The notes below the pieces were generated by a model. The model saw only the letters and a list, made by a program, of their open reading frames with translations, ran no database searches and was not told the DNA's origin. Positions 52,904 to 63,694 of a DNA stretch of 64,000 bases are shown here, piece after piece. Origin of the DNA: Candidatus Dormiibacterota bacterium (GTDB taxonomy: Bacteria; Chloroflexota; Dormibacteria; Aeolococcales; Aeolococcaceae); NCBI GenBank assembly GCA_963709585.1, contig CAVPXI010000014.1, positions 32,001 to 96,000 on the forward strand, in the 5' to 3' direction. The stretch's first letter is position 1; every line of letters starts with the position of its first letter. The position numbers and the translations under genes were made by a program.

Positions 52904-53431
52904 TCAGTCCTCCACCGGAGCAGCGGCGGATCCGACCAGCTCACGCGCCGTCTCACCGGCGCCGCCCTTCATCGCCTCGGACGCGGATCGCACCGCCTTC
53001 CTGATGTTCTCGTAGCCGGTGCAGCGACACAGGTTGCCCTCCAGTCCCCGCTCGATCTCCTCGTCGGTGGGCGATGGGTTCTGCTTCAGGAGATAGGCGG
53101 CAGCCATGAGGAACCCAGGAGTGCAGAAGCCGCACTGCAGCCCGTGCTCGTTCCAGAACGCCTGCTGCACGGGATGGAGGGTGCCATCCTCGGCAAGCCC
53201 CTCGACGGTCGTGACCTGGCGCCCGTCTGCCTGGACCGCGAAGACGCTGCACGATTTCACCGCCTCGCCGTCGATCAGAACTGTGCAGGCCCCGCACTGG
53301 CTGGTATCGCAGGCAATGTGGGTTCCGGTGAGACCGGCCACCTCGCGCAGGTAGTGCACAAGGAGCAGACGGGGCTCGACGTAGTCCTCCCTCAGCCTTC
53401 CGTTGATAGTCAGCGCGACGGGCTGCGTCAT
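52904..53431 (-). CDS. 2Fe-2S subunit (CoxS-like)
   Basis: CDTSQCGAC, QCGFCTPG, NLCRCTGY. Confidence 0.93.
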   Translation of the reverse strand: MTQPVALTINGRLREDYVEPRLLLVHYLREVAGLTGTHIACDTSQCGACTVLIDGEAVKSCSVFAVQADGRQVTTVEGLAEDGTLHPVQQAFWNEHGLQCGFCTPGFLMAAAYLLKQNPSPTDEEIERGLEGNLCRCTGYENIRKAVRSASEAMKGGAGETARELVGSAAAPVED

Positions 53432-53720
53432 GGAATTCCTCCCGGACCGAAAGGCAAACGCGTTAGGCCTCATGCTGGCATTCGCTCAGGGGAAGGGTCA
53501 AGCGCGTTGATCGCGTAGTGCCTGCCCGCAAATACAGGGCGGAACCAGCCTGGTGATGCCGCGGCTGCGAGGTGTGGACAATTGGAGCCTGTCAGGTGCG
53601 GCCAATCGCCGGGGGCAACCCGTCAGAAGTGCCGTTTGGTCGGCGCGTCTGTGGACATGACCTCGGCGAAAGTCCACAATGGCGCCCACCTATCCAGTTC
53701 GCAGGCTTTGGGGGTCTCGC

Positions 53721-54710
53721 ATGGGTCGCTCGCTCAACCTCTCGCGTCGCGCAGGCATCGCACTCCTCGTTCCCACGGCGCTGCTCGCGGCCTGCGGTGG
53801 TTCGGGGGGCACGTCCACGCCTACGCCCGCGAGCTCGGCGGCGGGCCCAGCGGCCCAGGCCAGCATCGCGGCCGAAGTCCCCGCGGCAGTCAAGGCAGCA
53901 GCGCCTCTCCAGATCGCGACCGACGCCACCTACGCCCCGAACGAATTCGTCGACCCGAGCACCGGCAACATCGTGGGATGGGACCCCGAGCTTGCCAAAG
54001 ACGTCTGCGCCGTGCTCGGGGTGGCCTGCACCATCAACAACGTCACCTTCTCGGACATCATCCCTGCGTTGCTCGAGAGCCCGGCGAAGTATCAGATGGC
54101 CTTCTCGAGCTTCACACCCACCAGTGCGCGCGAAGCTAAGGGCATCGACTTCATCACGTACTACCAGGCCGGTGAGGCGTGGATCGTGAAGGCGGGAGGC
54201 GCCTCCATCTCGTCCGCGGCCGACATGTGCGGACACACGGTTGCCGTCGAGTCGGGCACCACCGAGGAGCTCGATGCGTGGGGATACATGGGAATGAAGC
54301 CCGGCGGTGCCACGATCCCGGGTGATACGGACCATTGCAAAGCCGCCGGAAAGCAGGACATCAGCGTGCTCAGCTACGGGACGCAAACCCAGGCGAACTC
54401 CGCGCTGCTGTCGGGCCGCGCCGACTTCGGTTGGCTCGACCAGCCGGTCGCCGACTACCAGGTCAAGACGTTGGCGGGCAAGCTCAAGATCGGTGGAACC
54501 GCGTGCAGCGTCTCGCCGTACGGGGTCGCAATGGTGAAGTCGACTGGGCTCGAGCAGGCGGTCACGGACGCGATCAAGTACCTCATCGACAACAACTTCT
54601 ACACGAAGCTGCTCAACACCTGGGGTGTCGCGGATGGCGCGATCGCCAGCTCGGCAGTGACGCTGAATAACAACAGCTCGGTTGGCGCCAGCTGCGTCCC
54701 GTCGTACTGA
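53721..54710 (+). CDS. Amino-acid ABC transporter substrate-binding lipoprotein
   Basis: LLAAC lipobox; ATDATYAPNEF SBP family 3 motif. Confidence 0.9.
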   Translation: MGRSLNLSRRAGIALLVPTALLAACGGSGGTSTPTPASSAAGPAAQASIAAEVPAAVKAAAPLQIATDATYAPNEFVDPSTGNIVGWDPELAKDVCAVLGVACTINNVTFSDIIPALLESPAKYQMAFSSFTPTSAREAKGIDFITYYQAGEAWIVKAGGASISSAADMCGHTVAVESGTTEELDAWGYMGMKPGGATIPGDTDHCKAAGKQDISVLSYGTQTQANSALLSGRADFGWLDQPVADYQVKTLAGKLKIGGTACSVSPYGVAMVKSTGLEQAVTDAIKYLIDNNFYTKLLNTWGVADGAIASSAVTLNNNSSVGASCVPSY

Positions 54711-54774
54711 GGTCGTTCGTCCACGCGGAATCGCACTGTGAGCACCAAGATGCGGCCGTGAGCGAACGATTGTC

Positions 54775-55752
54775 GTGACCGCGAGCGAACCCATCGCCTC
54801 GAGTGGGAGGAGACGGCCTGAGGCCATCAAAGCGATCCCGCTGCGCCACCCGTGGCGCTGGGTCTTCGCGGTGTTGGTCCTCGGGCTTGCGGCCGCAGCC
54901 CTGTACACCTTTGCCGCCGCGCCCACCCTGGACTGGCGCGTCGTCGGTCAATACCTGTTCTTTCCGCGAATCATCCAAGGGATCGTCGTCACTCTCGAGC
55001 TGACGGTCATCGCGATGGCGATCGGGGTCAGCCTCGGCGTGCTCCTTGCCGTCATGCGGCTCTCGGTGAATCCGGTGCTGTCGAGCGTGAGCTGGTTCTA
55101 CATCTGGTTCTTCCGCGGAACGCCGGTGCTGGTCCAGATCTTCTTCTGGTACAACCTCGCGCTCATCCTTCCTCATCTGACGATCGGTATCCCATTCACT
55201 CACATCGAATGGATCGGCACCACCAACCAGATCGTCTCCCCGTTCCTCGCCGCCATCCTCGGACTGGGACTCAACGAAGCAGCATATATGTCGGAAATCG
55301 TTCGAGCCGGCATCATCTCCGTGGATCAGGGGCAGACCGAGGCGGCGCAGGCGCTCGGGATGACACGTGTACACGTGATGCGCAGGATCGTGCTCCCCCA
55401 GGCGATGCGCGTCGTGCTCCCACCGACCGGCAACGAGACCATCTCGATGCTCAAGACTTCGTCGCTCGCATCGATCGCCACCGTCGGTGAGCTCTTCTAC
55501 GTGCAGGAGCAGATCGCGAGTGCAACCTTCAACGTCGTCGAGCTGCTCGTGGTCGCCAGCATCTGGTACCTGGTGATGACGTCCATCCTCACCTTCGGTC
55601 AGTATTACCTGGAGCGGTATTTCGCTCGTGGATCGGCACACCAGCTGCCGCTCACCCCGCTGCAGCGATTCCGGCGGATGTTGCTCCACTCGCACATCCC
55701 GCCTCCCGAAGCGGCGGTCGAACCCACTTCCGTCTACACCCGGCATACGTGA
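54775..55752 (+). CDS. Amino-acid ABC transporter permease
   Basis: [27 protein letters not shown]. Confidence 0.93.
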   Translation: MTASEPIASSGRRRPEAIKAIPLRHPWRWVFAVLVLGLAAAALYTFAAAPTLDWRVVGQYLFFPRIIQGIVVTLELTVIAMAIGVSLGVLLAVMRLSVNPVLSSVSWFYIWFFRGTPVLVQIFFWYNLALILPHLTIGIPFTHIEWIGTTNQIVSPFLAAILGLGLNEAAYMSEIVRAGIISVDQGQTEAAQALGMTRVHVMRRIVLPQAMRVVLPPTGNETISMLKTSSLASIATVGELFYVQEQIASATFNVVELLVVASIWYLVMTSILTFGQYYLERYFARGSAHQLPLTPLQRFRRMLLHSHIPPPEAAVEPTSVYTRHT

Positions 55753-55762
55753 TGATCGCCTG

Positions 55763-56527
55763 ATGAGCGGGCCGATGGTTCGTGCCGAAGCTGTCCATAA
55801 GTCGTACGGCCGCCTCGAGGTGCTCCGCGGTATCGACCTGGAGGTCGCGCCCCGGGAGGTGATGTGCATCGTTGGGCCGTCCGGTTCCGGCAAGAGCACG
55901 TTCCTGCGCTGCATCAACCATCTCGAGAAGATCGACGCGGGCAGGCTGTCGGTGGACGGTGAGCTGGTCGGGTACCGCGAGCACGGCGACAAGATCTACG
56001 AGCTCCCCGAGCGTGAGGTCTGCCGAAAGCGGGCGGAGATCGGGATGGTGTTCCAGCGCTTCAATCTGTTTCCGCACATGACCGCGCTCGAAAACATCAT
56101 GGAAGCGCCGGTTCGCGTGAAGAAGGATGCGCAGAAAGTCGCCGCGGAACGAGGACGAGCACTGCTCGACCGGGTCGGGCTTGCCGACAAGGTGGACGTC
56201 TATCCGAACCAGCTCTCCGGTGGTCAACAGCAGCGGGTCGCAATCGCGCGCGCACTCGCCATGCAACCGAAGCTCATGCTCTTCGACGAGCCGACGTCGG
56301 CGCTCGACCCGGAGTTGGTCGGCGACGTCCTCGACGTGATGCGCGGTCTCGCCCAGGACGGGATGACCATGGTCGTCGTCACCCACGAGATGGGGTTCGC
56401 TCGCGAGGTCGGCGATGCGCTCGTCTTCATGGACGGCGGCGTGATCGTCGAGTCCGGAAACCCCCGCGAGATGCTCGCCAATCCCCAGCACGAGCGGACC
56501 AAGTCCTTTCTCTCAAAGGTCCTGTAA
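55763..56527 (+). CDS. Amino-acid ABC transporter ATP-binding protein
   Basis: [25 protein letters not shown]. Confidence 0.95.
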   Translation: MSGPMVRAEAVHKSYGRLEVLRGIDLEVAPREVMCIVGPSGSGKSTFLRCINHLEKIDAGRLSVDGELVGYREHGDKIYELPEREVCRKRAEIGMVFQRFNLFPHMTALENIMEAPVRVKKDAQKVAAERGRALLDRVGLADKVDVYPNQLSGGQQQRVAIARALAMQPKLMLFDEPTSALDPELVGDVLDVMRGLAQDGMTMVVVTHEMGFAREVGDALVFMDGGVIVESGNPREMLANPQHERTKSFLSKVL

Positions 56528-56602
56528 GGCTGCAATGCACGCGGTTCGATTTCAGGAATACGGATTGACGGGCCGGGGCAAGCCTCGGGCGCAACTCGTC
56601 CC

Positions 56603-57028
56603 ATGACCACGCTGGGCGGCGTCATTCTGCTGATCGGGCGGATCCTCTTCGTCGCGCTGTTCGTCACCGCGGCGCGCGGACACATCCACAACCACCCTCG
56701 CTACGTCGCGGGATCCGGCAAGAAACTGCCGTTCCCCGTCCTCGCCGGGTGGCCCGCGGGCGTGTGGCTGCTGGTCGCCGATCTCTCGATCGTCGTCGGG
56801 ATCTGGCCCGACATCGGTGCCCTGATGATCGCCCTGTTTCTGATCCCGGCGGCGGTGGTCTTCCACCCGTTCTGGAGCGAGACCGATCCAGTCGCGCGCC
56901 GCACCCACGAGTCGAGCTTCTACCGGGACATGTCGCTGCTCGGCGCTGCGCTCGCGCTCTTCGCGCTGTTCACAGACGTGGGCCACGTGCCCTTCGCGCT
57001 CACCGGCCCCGCCCTCACCCTGCGGTAG
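56603..57028 (+). CDS. DoxX family membrane protein
   Basis: LIGRIL, FHPFW, FYRDMSLLG. Confidence 0.85.
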   Translation: MTTLGGVILLIGRILFVALFVTAARGHIHNHPRYVAGSGKKLPFPVLAGWPAGVWLLVADLSIVVGIWPDIGALMIALFLIPAAVVFHPFWSETDPVARRTHESSFYRDMSLLGAALALFALFTDVGHVPFALTGPALTLR

Positions 57029-57038
57029 CCGCGGCGCG

Positions 57039-58777
57039 TCAGAGCTCCGGCGCCTCGGTCACGATCATCGTCTCGCCTCTGACGACCCGGCCGCCGCGAG
57101 ACCACGAGGCGACAGCGGCGATCAGACAGACCACCAGCGAGAAGGTGAAGGCCTGGTGCAGGCCGGCCGCGAACGGACCCGAGATCAACTCCGGGAAGAA
57201 CTGCCGGCCGGTGAGCGCCGAGGCATTCGCCACCGACAGCTGCGAGAGAACGTGGGTGCCAACCAGCGACTGGATGGGGTTGTAGCCGAGGAACGCCGCG
57301 AACAGGATCGACACAGGAGGCAGGTGGCCGACGTGCACCGCCACCGCCGTCGGCACGCCGTGCGCCTCGAGCCCGGCGGTCATGGTGGTGGAAAGTGTCG
57401 CCGCCAGCCCGGTGATCATCAGCGTGAAGAAGATGCCGATCGAGAGCACCTGCGCCGAGCTCTGGAAGGTCGCGTTCATGCCGCCGCCGGCGCCGCGGTC
57501 CGCGGGCGGCAGGCTGTTCATGACGCCGGCGCGGTTTGGCGCTGCGAACGCGCCCATCGAGAGCCCGTTGAGGAAGAGGATGAGCGCGAACAGCTGATAC
57601 GGGAAATCGATCGGCAGCAGTTGCAGGAACGCGAAGCTTGGCGGCGGCGCCGATCATCCCCCCGGTCGCGAACGGCCGTGACCCGAAGCGGTCCGACAGG
57701 TAGCCGGACAGCGGACCGGCGAGCAGGAACCCGACGGTCAGCGGGATCATGTAGATGCCCGCCCACAGCGGCGTCGAGGTGAAGCTGTAGCCGTGCTCCG
57801 GCAACCAGATTCCCTGCAGCCAGATGATCAGCATGAACATGAGCCCGCCGCGGCCGACGGCTGCGAGAAAGCTCGACAGGGTGCCGAACGTGAACGCGCG
57901 AATGCGGAACAACCCGAGACGGAACATCGGGTTCACGACGCGACTCTCGACGACCGCAAACCCGGCGAGGAACGCGGCGCCAAGCGCGAGCGCCGAGAGC
58001 ACGAACGGGCTCGTCCATCCCATCGGGTAGGATTTGTACGGCTCGATGCCGTAAGTGATGCCGATCATCACCAGGATCAGACCGATCGCGAAGGTCAGGT
58101 TGCCGAGCCAGTCGATCGGGAACTCGGCGCCGGACCCCGCGCTCCTCCAGCTTGAGATAGGCCCAGACGGTGCCGAAGAGGCCGAACGGGACCGAGACGA
58201 GGAATACGAGCCGCCAGTTGATCGGGGCGAGCAGCCCACCGAGAACGAGCCCGATGAACACCCCGCTGATACCGGCGATGTTGTTGATGCCCAGCGCGAG
58301 GCCGCGCTGGTTGGTCGGGAAGGCATCGGTGAGAATCGCCGCCGAGTTGCCGATCAGGCAGGCGGCACCGATGCCCTGGACCACCCGGAACACCATCAGC
58401 CAGACCGCGCCGGGGGGTCCCGTCATCCAGTCGATGGTCAGCAGCAGCGATGCGCCGGTGTAGATGACGAAGCCGAGGTTGTAGATGCGCACCCGCCCGA
58501 CGATGTCGCCGAGGCGTCCGAGCCCCACCACTAGGACGCTGCTGACGATCAGGAAGCCGAGGATCATCCAGAGCAGGTAGAAGCTGTTCGCCGGGGCGAG
58601 CGGGTTCAGGTCGATGCCGCGAAAGATGTCGGGCATCGCGATCAACATGATCGAGGCATCGATGGTGGCGAGCAGCACGCCGACTGTCGTGTTGGAGAGC
58701 GCGACCCACTTGTAGCCGTCACCGCGCGCTCCATGACCGGTGGTGACGGTGCGCCCGGTGTCGCTGGTCGTCGCTAT
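57039..58777 (-). CDS. 14-TM MFS transporter (frameshifts near 58135 and 57635; start uncertain)
   Basis: YKWVALSNTT, GRLGDIVGR, IDWLG, SDRFGSR, PNRAGVMNS over three frames. Confidence 0.8.
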
Positions 58778-58820
58778 GGGGTCGCCTCGATCACCCCACG
58801 AGTTCTGGCAGGGCAGCGCG

Positions 58821-60067
58821 TCAGCGCGACGCGGCTGCGATGCGCGAACTCAAGCGCCGTTCGGGGTCGCGCACCCCGGGGATGAAGAGAATGCCGCACA
58901 GGGCGAGGGCCACACACCCGCCGATCAACATCGTCGCGCGCGTCCCGATGACACCCGCGGCCGCGCCGCTGACCAGCACGCCGAGCGGGCTGAGGCTGAG
59001 CGACACCAGCCAGTCCACCGACGAGGCGCGGCCGAGCAGTTCCGGCGGCACCAGTTCCTGCATGATCGGGCTCCAGAGGACGTTGCCGTACATCAGAGCC
59101 CCGGTGACCAGGAAGGCGCTCGCACCGGCGATCCAGATGTTCGGCGCGAGCGAGAGCACGACGATCGCGCCGGCCGATACCCCATAACCAACCCACATCG
59201 ATGTGATGCGCAGGCGTGGCGCGCCAAGTTTCGCTACAAGGAGTGCCGACATGCCGCCGCCGACCCCGCCGGCCGCGAGAACCAGTCCGAGCGCAATCGG
59301 TCCCTGACGGAGCACGTTGCGTATGAGCAACGGAACGAGGACGCCGAGCGGAGAGAACGCCGCGAAGTTCGCCAGTCCGGCACACGCGATCGTCACCCAC
59401 AGCCACCGCTGCGACCGGACGTAGCGCAGTCCCTCGCGCGCGTCGGCGAGCGGCGAATGGCCGGACGGCTCGGGGCGCGGCCGGCTCGCCATCGCAAGCA
59501 CGCAGCCGGCACTGACGGCGAAGCTCACCGCGTCGATCGCGAACGCCCATTGGTATCCGAGCGCAGCGACGGCCAGCCCGCCGAGCGCCGGCCCGATTAG
59601 CAGCTGCGCCACGGTCTGACTCGTGTGGTTGAGCGCGCTGCCCTGGACGAGCAGTTCGGCGGGGAGGATCTCCGGGGTCACGGCGGTCGCCGCCGGATAG
59701 AAGAGCGCGTCAGCAGCGCCAAAGACGGCCGAGATGACGACGAGCTCCCAGACGTGAAGCGCGCCGAGTCCGACAAGAAGGGCGATGGCCGCGACCGCCA
59801 CGCCACGAGTGGTATCCGAGGCGAGCATCGCCAAGCGGCGTGGCACGCGGTCGACGATCATCCGGCGACCAGCAGGAGGACCGTCGGCAGCAGTCTCGCT
59901 GCCAGGACGAGCGAGAGTGCGAGTGGATTGTCGTCGATGCGCAGCGTCTCCAGGGCGAGTGCGACGGTGTAGACACCGTCGCCGACCAGCGAGATGCTCT
60001 GTCCGGACCAAAGCAACGCGAAGTCGCGGTGGCGCAGCGCCGCGGGCGTTCGAACCCGGGGGTTCAC
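58821..60067 (-). CDS. MFS transporter, DHA3-like (frameshift near 59865)
   Basis: LRHRDFALLWSGQSISLVGD; DRVPRR; QELVPPELLGR. Confidence 0.85.
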
Positions 60068-60252
60068 CGGCCCGTGACGAGTGCCACTCTCACGATGAAC
60101 GGCAGGGCGGACATCATTTTCGGCACAGCGATAGAGTAGGCGGACGCAGATCGTGCCTCAGCGCCCGGGCATTTGGCCTTGCCCGGGCGGCAAACATTGC
60201 CGATTGTGCTACAACCTTACAGGAACTCGCACCACTCAGCGGGAGGCGCACC

Positions 60253-60696
60253 GTGCCACGTTCAGGTCCCCGACGAAAGCAGATCGTGCTGATCGCCCAC
60301 GACAACAAGAAGCCGGACATGCTGGAGTGGGCGCGCTTCAACCGCGATACGCTGGCGCGCCACGACCTCCTTGGCACCGGCACGACCGGGTCGATGGTTG
60401 CGAATGAGCTGGGTCTGCCCGTGCACCGATTTCTCACCGGTCCGCTCGGTGGTGATCAGCAGGTCGGGGCAGCGATCGCGGAAGGACGGATCGACGTGAT
60501 CATCTTCTTCTGGGATCCGCTCGAACCGCACCCCCACGACGTCGACGTCAAGGCACTCCTGCGCATCGCGGTGGTGCACAACATCCCAATGGCCTGCAAC
60601 CGTGCGACTGCCGACTTCATCCTTTCGAGCCCGCTGATCGACGAGGTCTACCCGAGATCGCTCGACCCGGTCGGAGCCGTCCTCCCGACCGCATAA
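60253..60696 (+). CDS. mgsA: Methylglyoxal synthase
   Basis: IAHDNKK, GTGTTG, GPLGGDQQ, FFWDPL..PHDVDVKALLR. Confidence 0.96.
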   Translation: MPRSGPRRKQIVLIAHDNKKPDMLEWARFNRDTLARHDLLGTGTTGSMVANELGLPVHRFLTGPLGGDQQVGAAIAEGRIDVIIFFWDPLEPHPHDVDVKALLRIAVVHNIPMACNRATADFILSSPLIDEVYPRSLDPVGAVLPTA

Positions 60697-61352
60697 ACAC
60701 TGTCCTCGGCAGCGGTCGCGTGCTCGATCAGCCAGGACGTTGCGCTCTCCAGGTGGTGCCGTATGACGGCCTCCGCGACCTCCGGCCTGCCCGCCTCAAT
60801 GGCCTCGAGCAGCGCGTCGTGCTCGCCCGCCAGCTGGCCAACCGACGCATAACCCTGGATCAGCTGCGCCAGGCAGAGGAGGATCTCGACCTCGAGATTC
60901 CTGTGCGCGCGAATGAGGCGAGCGTTGCCGGCTCCAACCACCAGCGCACGATGGAAGGCGAGGTCAGCCTCGACGACGGCGCGCTGCGACGAACTCGGAC
61001 CGAGACGATGGTGCTGCGCGAGGGCGGTCCGCGCGGCGTCGGGGACCCCGCGGCGTGCTGCGAGCATTCGCGAGGCCTGAACCTCGAGTGCGGTACGCAA
61101 CTCGTAGATCTCCGCGAGATCACGGGCGGCGAGCGCCCGAACGAAGACGCCGCGGTTGCGCGACTTGACCAGCAGGCCCCTGCGCACCAGTCCGTCGAAG
61201 GCGGCTCGAAGCGTGTTGCGGCCGACGTCGAACTCCTCGGCGAGTGCGATCTCACCGAGATGTTCGCCAGGCTTGAAGCGGCCGTCGAGCACCTGACGCT
61301 CGAGCGCATCCTCGAGCGTCTCGACGCGTGAGGTCGTCTGCCGGCGAATCAT
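60648..61352 (-). CDS. GntR (FadR/FCD) family regulator
   Basis: PGEHLGEIALAEEFDVGRNTLRAA HTH; DLAFH FCD motif. Confidence 0.92.
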   Translation of the reverse strand: MIRRQTTSRVETLEDALERQVLDGRFKPGEHLGEIALAEEFDVGRNTLRAAFDGLVRRGLLVKSRNRGVFVRALAARDLAEIYELRTALEVQASRMLAARRGVPDAARTALAQHHRLGPSSSQRAVVEADLAFHRALVVGAGNARLIRAHRNLEVEILLCLAQLIQGYASVGQLAGEHDALLEAIEAGRPEVAEAVIRHHLESATSWLIEHATAAEDSVYAVGRTAPTGSSDLG

Positions 61353-61403
61353 CGCCGTGCGCAAACCTGGCCGGTCGCGGCCTTCAGATGGGTGGAGGCT
61401 CGG

Positions 61404-61556
61404 CTAGACGCGGGCGCGGTCGCGGCAGCGACGGCAGACGCCTTCACTGGTTCCGAAGGCATCGCGATGGGAGATCGGCTCGCCGCACGAACGGCACGAC
61501 CGCCCCGTCTCCATGCCGTACAGGGCTCTCAGCGTGAGCCAGAATATTGTTGTCAT
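61404..61556 (-). CDS. 50-aa zinc-finger microprotein (below the ORF-track cutoff)
   Basis: MTTIFWLTLRALYGMETGRSCRSCGEPISHRDAFGTSEGVCRRCRDRARV; GGAG RBS; CxxC-x16-CxxC. Confidence 0.7.
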   Translation of the reverse strand: MTTIFWLTLRALYGMETGRSCRSCGEPISHRDAFGTSEGVCRRCRDRARV

Positions 61557-61589
61557 CTCAATTGCTCCAGGGGGATTGATCCTGTAGCA

Positions 61590-61604
61590 GATTGTAGCAC
61601 AATC
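61590..61604. promoter_or_regulatory. Palindromic GntR-type operator / extended -10
   Basis: GATTGT-AGC-ACAATC; 14/15 match at 60202..60216 upstream of mgsA. Confidence 0.5.
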
Positions 61605-61620
61605 CTAGGCCTGACGCCTC

Positions 61621-62766
61621 TCAGCCTGTGCTGGCGCCACCGGCCACCCCGGCTGACGCGGGTGCGCCGTTCGCGGCGACCCGCAACCCGGTCGCCGGAT
61701 TGAAGATGTGGAGACGCCGGGGTGGCGCCGCCAGGGTGACCGAATCGCCGACCTTCAGGGTGTTGTCGGCGTTGATGATCGCCACCACGTCGCGTCCCTC
61801 GCTGGTGCCGTGGATGAGCTCGTCGTTGCCGAGGAATTCGACGACGTCGACCACGACGGTCACGCTCAGGCCGGGCCCGGAGAGCGCGACGAGGTCGAGG
61901 TGCTCGGGCCGGAAGCCAACGGTCACCGAGTCCAGGCCGAGGTCGCGCAGCAGTGCCGACTCGGTGTCGTCCGGCTTCATCTCGGCGCCCTCGCCGGTGA
62001 GACGGACCACCCCACCCTCCTGCGAGACCTTGAGGTCGATGAAATTCATCGACGGCGACCCGATGAAGCCGGCGACGAACCGATTCTGGGGGAGCTCGTA
62101 CAGGTCCTTGGGGGTCCCCGCCTGCTGCAGGACACCCTCGTTGATCACCGCGATCCGGTCGCCCATGGTCATCGCCTCGACCTGGTCGTGGGTGACGTAG
62201 ATCATCGTGGCCTCGAGGCGGGTGTGCATGCGCGCGATCTCGGCGCGGGTCTGGACGCGCAGCTTCGCGTCCAGGTTCGAGAGCGGCTCGTCCATCAGGA
62301 ACACGGCGGGCTCGCGAACGATGGCGCGCCCGAGGGCGACGCGCTGGCGTTGCCCGCCGGACAGCTGCCCGGGCTTGCGATCCAGGAAGCGCTCGAGGTC
62401 GAGGATGCGCGCCGCCTCCACCACCGCCTTGTCAATGTCCGCCTTGGGCGTCTTGCGCAGCTGCAGGCCGAATGCCATGTTGTCGCGCACGCTCATGTGC
62501 GGGTAGAGCGCGTAGCTCTGGAAGACCATGGCGATGTCGCGATCGCGCGGCGGCAGGTTGTTGACGACGCGATCCCCGATGCGTACCTGGCCGCTGGTGA
62601 TCTCCTCGAGCCCCGCGATCATGCGCAGTGCCGTGGTCTTGCCACATCCCGACGGTCCGACCAGGCACACGAACTCGCCGTCATGAATATCGAGGTTGAG
62701 CTTGTTGACCGCGAGCGCGCCGCCGTCGTAGCGCTTGGTCAGATCAACGAGGACTACGCCGGCCAT
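61621..62766 (-). CDS. Sugar ABC transporter ATP-binding protein (MalK/UgpC-like)
   Basis: GPSGCGKT, LSGGQRQR, DEPLSNLDAKLR, TOBE tail. Confidence 0.95.
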   Translation of the reverse strand: MAGVVLVDLTKRYDGGALAVNKLNLDIHDGEFVCLVGPSGCGKTTALRMIAGLEEITSGQVRIGDRVVNNLPPRDRDIAMVFQSYALYPHMSVRDNMAFGLQLRKTPKADIDKAVVEAARILDLERFLDRKPGQLSGGQRQRVALGRAIVREPAVFLMDEPLSNLDAKLRVQTRAEIARMHTRLEATMIYVTHDQVEAMTMGDRIAVINEGVLQQAGTPKDLYELPQNRFVAGFIGSPSMNFIDLKVSQEGGVVRLTGEGAEMKPDDTESALLRDLGLDSVTVGFRPEHLDLVALSGPGLSVTVVVDVVEFLGNDELIHGTSEGRDVVAIINADNTLKVGDSVTLAAPPRRLHIFNPATGLRVAANGAPASAGVAGGASTG

Positions 62767-62776
62767 GACACGCTCC

Positions 62777-63694
62777 TCATTTGACCGCCCCGGCGAGCAC
62801 GCCACGGACGAAATACCGCTGGAAGGCAAAGAACACGATCAAGGGAATGACGATCGAGATCATCGCCCCCGTGGAGATGATGTAGTAGTTGTTGGCCAGA
62901 GCTCGGGTCTGCCCGTAGAGGAACATCGTCAGCGTGATGTGGGTGCTGGCCCCCAGGAAGACGAGCGCGACGAGCAGGTCGTTCCAGACCCAGATGAACT
63001 GGAAGATGGCAAGCGACGCCAGCGCGGGAATGCCGATCGGCAACACGACCTTCCGGAACAGCGTCCACTCCCCCGCTCCGTCGATCCGTCCCGCTTCCAG
63101 GAGATCATGCGGGATGCCCGAGTAGAAGTTGCGCATCAGGAAGATACCGAACGGCAAGCCGAAGGCCACGTGGAAGATGACCGTGCCGATCACCGAACCG
63201 AAAAAGTGCAGCCCTGTGGCGGTGTCAACAACCTTGTACAGGCTGGCGACCGGGATCAGCGCCATCTGCAGCGGCAGGACGAGCATCGCGACGATGAGGA
63301 GAAACACGAGAGTCCGTCCCCGCCATCTGCCGAACACGAGCGAATACGCGGTGAGGCTCGAGATCAGGGTCACAAGGACCGTGACCGGCACCGTGATCGC
63401 GATCGATGTTGTCAGCGAATCGAGCACGCCACCCGCTTTGAACCCCGCGGACAACAGCCCCTGGTAGTTGGAGAACGTCAATTGCGCCGGTGCGGTGAGC
63501 ACCGTCCACCATCCGGATTGCTCGAACGCGCTGTTGGGCCGGAGCGAGATGATCGCGATGCCGATCGAGGGCACCAGCCAGAAGATCGCAATGGCCGCGA
63601 GGGCGACGTTGAGGACGATGCGCGACGGGCGCAGACGGAAGCGCTGCCGCTTCGCCTGAGCAGCGACCGGCAACGACGCAGCCTGCACGCTCAT
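62777..63694 (-). CDS. Carbohydrate ABC transporter permease
   Basis: EAGRIDGA EAA loop, WVWNDL. Confidence 0.92.
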   Translation of the reverse strand: MSVQAASLPVAAQAKRQRFRLRPSRIVLNVALAAIAIFWLVPSIGIAIISLRPNSAFEQSGWWTVLTAPAQLTFSNYQGLLSAGFKAGGVLDSLTTSIAITVPVTVLVTLISSLTAYSLVFGRWRGRTLVFLLIVAMLVLPLQMALIPVASLYKVVDTATGLHFFGSVIGTVIFHVAFGLPFGIFLMRNFYSGIPHDLLEAGRIDGAGEWTLFRKVVLPIGIPALASLAIFQFIWVWNDLLVALVFLGASTHITLTMFLYGQTRALANNYYIISTGAMISIVIPLIVFFAFQRYFVRGVLAGAVK

